The translations under genes and the position numbers were made by a program. A stretch of DNA of 64,000 nt from Actinomycetaceae bacterium. Its GTDB lineage: Bacteria; Actinomycetota; Actinomycetes; Actinomycetales; Actinomycetaceae. The notes beneath the pieces were generated by a model. It saw nothing but the letters and a program-made list of their open reading frames with translations. It made no database searches and had not been told where the DNA came from. Below, piece after piece: positions 17,410 through 25,642 of this stretch (within the stretch, counting starts at the first letter, position 1; the number at the start of each line of letters is the position of its first letter). The stretch is taken from contig JAQYDG010000007.1 in NCBI GenBank assembly GCA_028724265.1, forward strand, positions 73,982 to 137,981, read 5' to 3'.

Positions 17410-19986
17410 CTAAAAATCGCGTTGCTGTGCCTGCTTGAGTTGTTCGAGAGTCTCAGGATCCGGGAAGCCAGTGACCGCGAGCCGAGGAGGCCACACGTCG
17501 TCAAGAGGCTGAAGACCCTGCGGCCAGATTTCCTGAGCTACTGACGTACGGAGTAGCACGGAGTCCCCCCGATCGGCGTCCCAAGGCAGTCCAGAGGGTT
17601 CGCGGTTGAACTGAAGAACGTCAGTGAGCGGAATAGATCCCACACCGTCAGATGACGACCAGCGCGCCAACGAGAGTAGAGTGCCATTGCGATCTTCGAT
17701 CACATCGTAGGGGACGAAGGAACCTTCTAATGCCGCAGATGCGTGCGCTAAATCTGCTTGAGCCCTGTACATTGCGGAACGGTACTCGTGACGAAGTGCT
17801 GCGAGGATCGGTGCAGCAGGATCGTCAGGGAGCGGAATCCACTCTGCCCACCCATCTTCGGCGATCGTATGAGGTAGCGGGTACACCATGTCTTCGTCAC
17901 CTGACGTGCCCAGAAAACGTTCAAAGAAATCAGCGAGATGTGGATCGTCATCCATGATGATCAGGAGATGGTTCGATGCTGCGGGAATGAACAGAGGCGT
18001 CGCATCGTCCGACCCGGTGACGTGCTCGTGTTGTTGAGAGACGGCCTTGCTGATTGTGAGCATGAGTTCCTGATCCGCGAACCATGCTGCTTGATAACCC
18101 TCGGGATTCTCGAAGCGAAAGACGCGTGCATCGTCGATCATGCCGAGTGCGAGCTCGATATCTGTGCGGCCGGTGGAGAGCGTTGTGCTGTGCAGGTTGT
18201 ACATGGCGCGGTCGAAGAGACGCCCAACAGAATCGAAGAAGCCGGCATTGCGGAGGTCGGAGTAAAAGATTTTCTTGGAGTCATCGTCATTGTGCACCTG
18301 GTTGCGTGCATGTGCATCAGAAGAAGCTCCTGTGAGCGGTGATTGACTGCCGCGAGGCGACGCACTGTCGCTTCCAGTTGTACCTTGCTGGCTGTTGTCT
18401 CGGTCGTTGTCTCGGTCGTTGCGATGATCCTTGACGAGACCGATACCGATAAAGTCCGTGATGGGAAGATACACCATCGCGTCGCTCGTGTCCGGATTGT
18501 GAGTTGGGAGAAAATAATCGGCTCCCCGCACCACGGGCATCAGATCCGCGAGCGGGTCATCGTCGTCTTCGGAGTAGTCATCCGGACTTGTCGCAGCAAA
18601 GAGCGGATCATCATCGGGCAGGTCGGGCAACGAGGTATCGTCTTCAGAACCTGGTTTTGACGTCGGAGATGCGGGTGAGTTGTCGGTGCGATCCGGCGTG
18701 CCATGTGACGTTCCGCCGCGTGAATCAGACTGCGCATTTTTGCGATCCAGCGCGGCATATTGCTGCGCCAGATCCTTGAAAATTTCGGAGTCCTCCAGAA
18801 ACCGGAGACTCTCACTTATCTGCGCATCAGAAATCTGGGTCTTTGAATCGGGCGTGGAGTCAGAAGATGCCGAGTCTGCATGCAAAGAATCTGGCGAAAC
18901 GGGGTGCGAGGGATCGGCGTCAGAAAGTGACGGGCCAATCTCGGTCGACGAATCGGGTTCCGGAACTGAAGGATCGGAGCGGGAAGAAGCGCGCTCTGTA
19001 GGCGCATGCTCTGAACGGGAAGATGCTGAAGGTGAAGAACCTGAACGTGATGGGTCTGAAGCCGAGGAGTTTGAAACAGAAGACTCTGAAGCTGAGGAAT
19101 CTGAGGCCGAAGAGTCTAAGGCCGAAGAGTCTGAGGACGGTTCAGGGGAGGATGTAGCGTCAGCGTTGGAATTGCTTGAGGGGTCAGCGTCGTCAGCGAG
19201 TGCATCTTCGCCGTCGAATGGATCAACATCGTCACTATCGTCGCCGAAATTGTCACTAGCATCAACGATAATCCACGTTTCGTCATTACCGGGGGCGTCG
19301 ATATCCGTTGTAGACGATGTAAAAAGCTCTGGCACGTCATCGAAATTGAAGATGCCTTGCTCGACCTTTCCCTGCTGAGCATCGCTGCCGTGTTTCATTG
19401 TTTCACGTGAAACATCTTGGCCAGACGACGGACTATTGGACGATGAGCTAGGGGAAGTAGCTCCCACTGGGCGTGAATCCGAAGCGTTGGAAGCGCCAGA
19501 TGATGAATTGGAAGTGCCAGAGTTGAAGTTGGCGTTTGTGTGGTGAACATTGGCGTCCTGGTGTGAGCCACCCTGCGGAATGGGAGTGACGGCATGTGAG
19601 GGCTGATCGTCGGAGTAATTCACGGAAGAAGATGTAGCTTCGGAGGGGGGCGTCGTTCGTGGAATTGATCGCGCCGGCGTGGATCCTTCGCCATCGCTGT
19701 TCGCCCGAGTCTTATCCCGCTGATCGATCCGACCATGCTTATCTGGGGATTTGTCAGAAGTATGGGGCGCCTGGGCTGAATGAGCAGAAATTGTCAGCAG
19801 CTTATTGAGGATATGACGCCGCGCCGGCTCGGGCGCAGTGGAATCAATCAGAGCGCCTGGACGGAACTCTGAGCGGCGGCCATCAGGTAGCACGATAAAA
19901 AGCCACTCGCCATCGGCGTGAATGGTGGCGCCTATTAAATCAGGGTGAGATCGCGCTACGCTTAAAACCCACTGCATAAACGTCAT
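17410..19986 (-). CDS. Large acidic protein with an intrinsically disordered S/D/P-rich centre of about 450 aa (unknown function)
   Basis: The 858-aa ORF has a structured N-terminal segment of about 70 aa. A long low-complexity middle follows (SSASDSSASESSVSNSSASDPS repeats). The C-terminal region of about 300 aa has normal composition. Confidence 0.65.
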   Translation of the reverse strand: MTFMQWVLSVARSHPDLIGATIHADGEWLFIVLPDGRRSEFRPGALIDSTAPEPARRHILNKLLTISAHSAQAPHTSDKSPDKHGRIDQRDKTRANSDGEGSTPARSIPRTTPPSEATSSSVNYSDDQPSHAVTPIPQGGSHQDANVHHTNANFNSGTSNSSSGASNASDSRPVGATSPSSSSNSPSSGQDVSRETMKHGSDAQQGKVEQGIFNFDDVPELFTSSTTDIDAPGNDETWIIVDASDNFGDDSDDVDPFDGEDALADDADPSSNSNADATSSPEPSSDSSALDSSASDSSASESSVSNSSASDPSRSGSSPSASSRSEHAPTERASSRSDPSVPEPDSSTEIGPSLSDADPSHPVSPDSLHADSASSDSTPDSKTQISDAQISESLRFLEDSEIFKDLAQQYAALDRKNAQSDSRGGTSHGTPDRTDNSPASPTSKPGSEDDTSLPDLPDDDPLFAATSPDDYSEDDDDPLADLMPVVRGADYFLPTHNPDTSDAMVYLPITDFIGIGLVKDHRNDRDNDRDNSQQGTTGSDSASPRGSQSPLTGASSDAHARNQVHNDDDSKKIFYSDLRNAGFFDSVGRLFDRAMYNLHSTTLSTGRTDIELALGMIDDARVFRFENPEGYQAAWFADQELMLTISKAVSQQHEHVTGSDDATPLFIPAASNHLLIIMDDDPHLADFFERFLGTSGDEDMVYPLPHTIAEDGWAEWIPLPDDPAAPILAALRHEYRSAMYRAQADLAHASAALEGSFVPYDVIEDRNGTLLSLARWSSSDGVGSIPLTDVLQFNREPSGLPWDADRGDSVLLRTSVAQEIWPQGLQPLDDVWPPRLAVTGFPDPETLEQLKQAQQRDF
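19399..19414. promoter_or_regulatory. parS centromere-like site (perfect 16-mer) inside a coding region
   Basis: TGTTTCACGTGAAACA is identical to the site at 15675. In the 17410-19986 ORF it is read as ...DVSRETM... Confidence 0.85.
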
Positions 19987-20063
19987 GCCTCTATTGTTGC
20001 GCCTTTGGCAGATATGCGCACCAATTTTTCCTGACGGAAAAAGGCGAGAGCTAGACTTTCAGC

Positions 20064-23000
20064 ATGGATTTTCTGGCGCGTATTTCGTTGAAAAACCGGG
20101 CATTTGTTGCCCTTGTGACTGTTGTAGCTGCGATCCTCGGTGCCATTGCGATAACGGGTATGCGTCAGGAACTTATCCCGCCGGTTGAGCTTCCAACGGT
20201 GTCAGTGTCGGCGGTCTCGAATGGCGCAACATCGGAACAGATGAACGATCGTATTGCTATACCAATTGAGCGACAAATCGCAACTATTCCTGAGGTGTCC
20301 GATACCACCACAAATTCATCGTCGTCATTCGCGCAAATTACGGTTGATCTGGAATATGGTACGGATCTGGCAAGAGCCGTGTCGAAAGTGGAACAAGCAG
20401 TGAGCCGCGCGAAAGATGCCTTTCCTGACGGGACAACCACAGATGTGCGTTCGGGATCCGCGGCCGACATCCCACTGTTGATGGTGGGTGTAACAACAGA
20501 CCAAGATGCACTTGGAACTGCTCAGGTTGTGCGATCCTCTGTGATACCGCAGCTGGAGAAGATTCCTGGTGTTGCCAGTGCGGTGCTGATAGGGGCTCCA
20601 GATCAGCAGGTGACGATTGCTCTGGATCAGGCGAAAGCTGCACAAGCAGGAGTCACAGCAGATAACATCAAAACGGCACTGGATTCAAACGGGCTTTCCG
20701 TGCCGGTCGGAACTGTTGTGGGAGATGGCAAAACTTTAGATGTGACGGTTGGTAAGAAACTCGTGTCGTTAGATGATATCAAAGCGATTCCGATTGTTCC
20801 TGAAGGGAAACCTTCCGTTACGCTGTCACAGATTGCGTCTGTGAGGCTCGACCCCAAGGACACGTCGCTTGCAGCGCGCGTGAACGGCAAGAGTGCGGTC
20901 GCGCTGATCGTCACACCCACATCGGCGTCGAATATTGTTCAGACGTCCAAGGATGTGAAAAATAAGCTCGAAGATTTGAAGCCGCTTGTTGGTAACGGTA
21001 CTGAATTTACAACGATATTTGATCAGCAACCGTTCATTTCGGAGTCGATCACGTCGCTCGCGCAGGAAGGTGGGCTCGGCCTGCTGATGGCGGTCGTCGT
21101 GATTCTGCTGTTCCTCGTTTCGATTCGCAGTACGGTCGTGACTGCAATTTCCATCCCACTCTCACTTCTCCTGGCGTTTATAGCCATGAACGGCATGGGC
21201 TATTCGCTGAACATGATCACGCTCTCAGCGCTGACCGTGACTGTTGGGCGCGTGGTTGACGATTCGATTGTGGTGATCGAGAACATTAAGCGGCACCTGG
21301 GGTATGGGGAAGAAAAACTACCGGCGATCCTCACGGCTGTACGCGAAGTGGCGTCTGCTGTCACGGCATCAACTCTCGTGACTGTTCTGGTCTTTTTACC
21401 CATTGGCATGGTGACGGGAATGGTTGGCGAACTCTTTAAACCGTTCGCGTTCACGGTGGTTGTGGCGATGATCGCTTCACTATTTGTCGCGTTGACGATC
21501 GTGCCAGTCCTCGCGTATTGGTTCATGAAAGTGGATAAGACCAAAGGTGATAACACCAGTGCGCGTCGGGATCAGGAATACGGCGAGAAAACAGTCACCG
21601 CGGATCAACCTGGCGTAGAGAATCAACGGCATCATGAATTTGATGTGCCGGAGAATCCTCATGTGCCGGAGCATAAGGCGCCTCAACACACGCAGTCTTC
21701 TAGCCTCGTCATCGATCCGGATGTGGAAGAACGGGAGTCGCGTTATTGGTTGGCTCGTGCCTACATGCCGGCGCTGCGGATCAGTCTGAAGCATCCTGCT
21801 CTTGTGCTAGCGAGTGCGGTCGTCGTCCTGGCGGGAACGGTGGCTCTCTATCCGCTCCTGTCCGTCAATCTTTTGGGCAACAGCGGACAGAACATGGTGT
21901 CGCTTACCCAGCAGGCGACGCCGGGGACTGATATGCCAACACTGACAGCGCACGCGCAGGATGCGGAAAAGGCGCTCGGCAAGGTACAGGGCGTTCAGAG
22001 TGTTGCTACCACAATTGGAAATGCCGGTTTTGGGACGTCCTCGTCTGCCTCAATTTCGTATACGGTCACAACGGAGCCGGGGCGAGATATGGATGCGATA
22101 GGTGAACAGTTGGAGCGCGTGCTCGCCAAGAATTCTCATGGAGACACCACGCAGCTTGTCCAGTCAGCTTCGCCACTTACGTCGTCATCGGTGGATGTCA
22201 ATGTGGTTGCCGCGAACGATGACGATTTGCAGACGGCAACGAATGCATTGATGGGAGCCCTCAAGGGTGCACGTGGCGCGAAGTCGGTGACGTCCAATTT
22301 ACAAGAGGATCAGCCGGCGATCCAGGTGACGGTGAATCGGGCAGCTGCTGCCCGCATGGGATTGAATGAGAACGACATAGTCGGGCTGATTTCTGCGCAG
22401 ATTGTTTCCCCTCAGGTTGGCCAGATTACGCTGAATAATATCGATACGAATATTTACATCAAATTAGCGGATCCCGTGACGACGAAGGATCAGCTCACCT
22501 CGATGACGATCATGGGTGTGCCGATGAGCGGCATTGCCAAGGTTGAAGAAGTGAACGTGCCGCCTGAAATTGTGACAATCAACGGGCAGAGAACGGCAAC
22601 TATTTCAGTACTTCCGACTGATCCGAATAATCTGGGCGCACTCAAAACCGAGGTTCGGAACCTTGTTGATTCGACGAAACTGCCCTCGGGTGCGATGACG
22701 ACAGAAGCTGGGGCGGCACAGCAGCTCAACACTGTGTTCCACGATTTGGGACTGGCGGTGCTTGCTGCGATCATGCTGATTTATGTGGTGCTCGTGTGGA
22801 TTTTCAAGTCCTTGGGGCAGCCTCTGATGTTGCTGGTATCGATCCCGTTTGCTGCTACGGGTGCGATCGCGGCACTTCTGCTGACGAAAACGCCGCTTGG
22901 TATTTCGTCCTTGATTGGCGTGCTCATGTTGACAGGCATTGTGGTGACGAACGCGATCGTGCTCATTGATTTGATCAATCAGTACAGGCGCGCCGGTGTG

Positions 23001-23348
23001 AGTGTTGATGAGGCGATTAGCGTAGGCGCAAGGCATCGGCTTCGCCCCATCGTGATGACAGCTGTAGCGACTATTGCTGCTCTGATCCCGATGGCTTTGG
23101 GTGTGACGGGGAGCCATGGCTTTATTTCGCAGCCGTTGGCAGTGACTGTGATTGGCGGATTACTGACCTCGACGCTTATGACTCTTGTTGTGCTGCCTGC
23201 TTTGTACTCTGTGACGGTTGGTCGCAAGGAGCGCCGAGGAAAGCGTGCAGACCATGTCGCTGGTGCAGACCTTGCCGCTAGCGCTGCCGGTGCGGGTCGT
23301 GCACACGGTGCTGACCGTGCGCGCCGAAAGCACTCAGCTAGAGCGTAA
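20064..23348 (+). CDS. RND-family efflux transporter permease (AcrB/SwrC-like)
   Basis: The 1094-aa product has an AcrB-like N-terminus (LARISLKNRAFVALVTVVAAILG). It has two TM bundles and two large periplasmic-type loops. No MFP or OMF partner gene lies nearby. Confidence 0.85.
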   Translation: MDFLARISLKNRAFVALVTVVAAILGAIAITGMRQELIPPVELPTVSVSAVSNGATSEQMNDRIAIPIERQIATIPEVSDTTTNSSSSFAQITVDLEYGTDLARAVSKVEQAVSRAKDAFPDGTTTDVRSGSAADIPLLMVGVTTDQDALGTAQVVRSSVIPQLEKIPGVASAVLIGAPDQQVTIALDQAKAAQAGVTADNIKTALDSNGLSVPVGTVVGDGKTLDVTVGKKLVSLDDIKAIPIVPEGKPSVTLSQIASVRLDPKDTSLAARVNGKSAVALIVTPTSASNIVQTSKDVKNKLEDLKPLVGNGTEFTTIFDQQPFISESITSLAQEGGLGLLMAVVVILLFLVSIRSTVVTAISIPLSLLLAFIAMNGMGYSLNMITLSALTVTVGRVVDDSIVVIENIKRHLGYGEEKLPAILTAVREVASAVTASTLVTVLVFLPIGMVTGMVGELFKPFAFTVVVAMIASLFVALTIVPVLAYWFMKVDKTKGDNTSARRDQEYGEKTVTADQPGVENQRHHEFDVPENPHVPEHKAPQHTQSSSLVIDPDVEERESRYWLARAYMPALRISLKHPALVLASAVVVLAGTVALYPLLSVNLLGNSGQNMVSLTQQATPGTDMPTLTAHAQDAEKALGKVQGVQSVATTIGNAGFGTSSSASISYTVTTEPGRDMDAIGEQLERVLAKNSHGDTTQLVQSASPLTSSSVDVNVVAANDDDLQTATNALMGALKGARGAKSVTSNLQEDQPAIQVTVNRAAAARMGLNENDIVGLISAQIVSPQVGQITLNNIDTNIYIKLADPVTTKDQLTSMTIMGVPMSGIAKVEEVNVPPEIVTINGQRTATISVLPTDPNNLGALKTEVRNLVDSTKLPSGAMTTEAGAAQQLNTVFHDLGLAVLAAIMLIYVVLVWIFKSLGQPLMLLVSIPFAATGAIAALLLTKTPLGISSLIGVLMLTGIVVTNAIVLIDLINQYRRAGVSVDEAISVGARHRLRPIVMTAVATIAALIPMALGVTGSHGFISQPLAVTVIGGLLTSTLMTLVVLPALYSVTVGRKERRGKRADHVAGADLAASAAGAGRAHGADRARRKHSARA

Positions 23349-23524
23349 GGAGTGCACACAAGGTTCGCGCGCTCACACCCCTTCGGACGCGTAGACAGCT
23401 GCGTAAACGAAGAAATCAATGTATTAACTCGTACTCACGCAGTGCGTCAGTGATATTTGCATGCACTGAGAGAGCCTCCTGCCTGAACGTTAGAGTTCTG
23501 AGAATATAAGAGTTATGGAGCATA

Positions 23525-23582
23525 AAGAAACTCCCCGAAAGAACGAATCACGTTGACCGGTTCGATGTTCGGGGAGTTTCTT
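23525..23582. terminator. Bidirectional terminator hairpin between the convergent RND and symporter genes
   Basis: AAGAAACTCCCCGAA (23525-23539) pairs with TTCGGGGAGTTTCTT (23568-23582). The A/T tracts are built into the 15-bp stem on both strands. Confidence 0.7.
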
Positions 23583-23643
23583 AATTCGGGGAGCCCGCTA
23601 ATGTGTCCCTTAACGTGTACCTTCGCGGAACTGCTGTACCGAT

Positions 23644-23677
23644 CTTCGCACCGCGTGAGGTAGTGCGCGGTGCGAAG
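23644..23677. terminator. Second perfect 12-bp hairpin in the convergent spacer
   Basis: CTTCGCACCGCG (23644-23655) pairs with CGCGGTGCGAAG (23666-23677) around a 10-nt loop. Confidence 0.45.
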
Positions 23678-23781
23678 CGTCGCGCGTGATGCGAAACATT
23701 GCTCGCGATGTGGAGCAGCACTACCTCAACGTGCCGTAGAGAAGTTCTCAGAGCAGCTCGGAGCTGAGGCGTCCTCAGTAT

Positions 23782-25218
23782 TCAAACGTGCCGAGGTTCG
23801 TCCTGAGCTTCAACCCACACATCGGTGGGAAGATCCCCAGGCATATACGGGTTGTTTGTTGCGACGAACGGTGTATGTGGATGTGCGCGATAGTCGTTGA
23901 GTGCGCCAAACGCCCACTTCCCCAGGAGCACGATGGCAATGAGGTTGATGATTGCCTGAGCTGCCATGGTGATATCTGCGAAATTCCATACCGCTTGGAG
24001 TGGTGCAACAGAACCAACCGCTGTAGCGATAACGATGACGGATCTCAGCACATACGGACCGGCCGCAGACCCGTGCGTCAGGAAATCCACGTTGACTTCC
24101 GCATAAGAGTAATTGCCGAGAATCGACGAATACGCGAAGACGAAAATCATGACGATCATCAGCGGGGTGATCCATCCACCCAGTTGGCTCGCCGCAGCGG
24201 CGGTCGTCAGTGCGGCTCCATCTAGGGTTGAACCAGAGTCAAGAGAATAGACATCTGGAGCCGCATTCAAAATGATGAATGCCGTTGCCGAACTCACCAG
24301 AATCGTGTCCACAAAAACGCCGAAACTCTGAATCAGGCCTTGACGGGCAGGATGCGTCGTGTGTGCGGTGGACGCGGCATTTGGGGCAGACCCTTCGCCG
24401 GCTTCATTCGAGAAGAGACCGCGGCGAGCTCCGTTGAGCAGAGCTGCGGCAAGGCCGCCGGAGACCCCGCCAAGTCCCTGCCGAAGCCCAAAGGCGCTTT
24501 GGAAAATCACCGATAAAACGTGGCCGATATTGCCGACATTCATCACAATGATAACAATCGCAACGAGCATGTAGACCACAGCCATCATCGGCGCCATAAT
24601 CTCAGTGATGCGGGCAACGCGCTTGAGGCCTCCGAACACGATAGGGGCAGTGATGACGACGAGCAGCACAGCGGTTGCCCACGTTGGCACGTTCCATGCG
24701 TCATGGAGGGTTCCTGAAATCGTGTTTGCTTGAACCATTTCGTAGGAGAGGCCGAAGCTGAAAAGGAGGCAGATTGCAAAGACGATGCCCATGGCTCGGC
24801 TGTGAAGGCCGCGCTCAATATAAAAAGCTGGCCCGCCACGGAATGTACCGTCCGGCCAGTGGATCTTAAAAAGCTGAGCGAGTGTTGCTTCAACGAAAGC
24901 GGTGGACATTCCAAGCAAGGCGATAACCCACATCCAGAAGACGGCACCTGGGCCGCCTGTGAGGATTGCAATCGCCACACCTGCAATATTTCCGGTTCCG
25001 ATACGGCTTGCAAGGCCTACTGTGAAAGCCTGAAACGAGGAAATACCGCCGTGCATCGTGTGTTCACGGGAGGAAAACATATCGTGAACCATATTGCCGA
25101 AGTTGCGGATCTGGACGGCACCAGTGCGAACTGTAAAATAGATCCCTGCTGCAATGAGTAGTGCGATCAGAATGTATGTGTATACCCAGTCCGATATAGC
25201 TCCAAAAAAGCTAGCCAT
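23782..25218 (-). CDS. Alanine/glycine:cation symporter (AGCS family)
   Basis: The sequence MASFFGAISDWVYTYILIALLIAAGIYFTVRTGAVQIRNF onward is typical of sodium:alanine symporters. The ATG at 25218 has an AAAGGA site upstream. The longest ORF (to 25449) adds 77 non-homologous residues. Confidence 0.88.
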   Translation of the reverse strand: MASFFGAISDWVYTYILIALLIAAGIYFTVRTGAVQIRNFGNMVHDMFSSREHTMHGGISSFQAFTVGLASRIGTGNIAGVAIAILTGGPGAVFWMWVIALLGMSTAFVEATLAQLFKIHWPDGTFRGGPAFYIERGLHSRAMGIVFAICLLFSFGLSYEMVQANTISGTLHDAWNVPTWATAVLLVVITAPIVFGGLKRVARITEIMAPMMAVVYMLVAIVIIVMNVGNIGHVLSVIFQSAFGLRQGLGGVSGGLAAALLNGARRGLFSNEAGEGSAPNAASTAHTTHPARQGLIQSFGVFVDTILVSSATAFIILNAAPDVYSLDSGSTLDGAALTTAAAASQLGGWITPLMIVMIFVFAYSSILGNYSYAEVNVDFLTHGSAAGPYVLRSVIVIATAVGSVAPLQAVWNFADITMAAQAIINLIAIVLLGKWAFGALNDYRAHPHTPFVATNNPYMPGDLPTDVWVEAQDEPRHV

Positions 25219-25565
25219 AATATTCCTTTCTCTGAGCAGCGCCTCCCGGCGTGGTTCAGTGCTAGGCGGTTCAGTCTCGGTCACTGACGGATATGCGTAG
25301 CGATGAAGCTGTGCAATCCGCATGACGAGAAGAGCCGATTTCCGAGGATCGTGGCGCAAGCGCGATCCGATTCGGGAAGACTTCCTGAGGGCTAGTCCTT
25401 CTACCTTGTGATCGTTGTGCTTTGTGATCACTGCACCGCTAACGACCACATGAACTGAGGAGAATCTCAGTCAGGAAATTCAACCGTTGCACCTATTATG
25501 CAGTTTTTTGCAAAAGTGCACGTGCAGGCAGGCATTTTTGGACATTCAGGGACTACAAGATAACG

Positions 25566-25611
25566 GTAAAAAGTGCCATGTGGGGAATACCATAATTCTG
25601 ATATTCCCCAC
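25566..25611 (-). terminator. Intrinsic terminator after the adhesin gene
   Basis: GTGGGGAATA (25580-25589) pairs with TATTCCCCAC (25602-25611). The minus-strand sense is followed by a CTTTTTACC tract. Confidence 0.6.
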
Positions 25612-25642
25612 ATCACGGAGTTTTCGCTCGTCAATGAGGCGC

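Noticed and set aside
23670-23900. A 76-aa plus-strand ORF with a CSRCG motif in the convergent spacer
   Set aside because: It has a single CxxC only and no RBS. It spans a terminator-like hairpin and overlaps the 3' end of the symporter gene.
25219-25450. A firm glycine-riboswitch call for the symporter leader
   Set aside because: I could not find the conserved GGAGAG, CCGAAGGGGCAA and CUCAGGCAAAAGGAC cores. I report it only as an unclassified structured-leader candidate.
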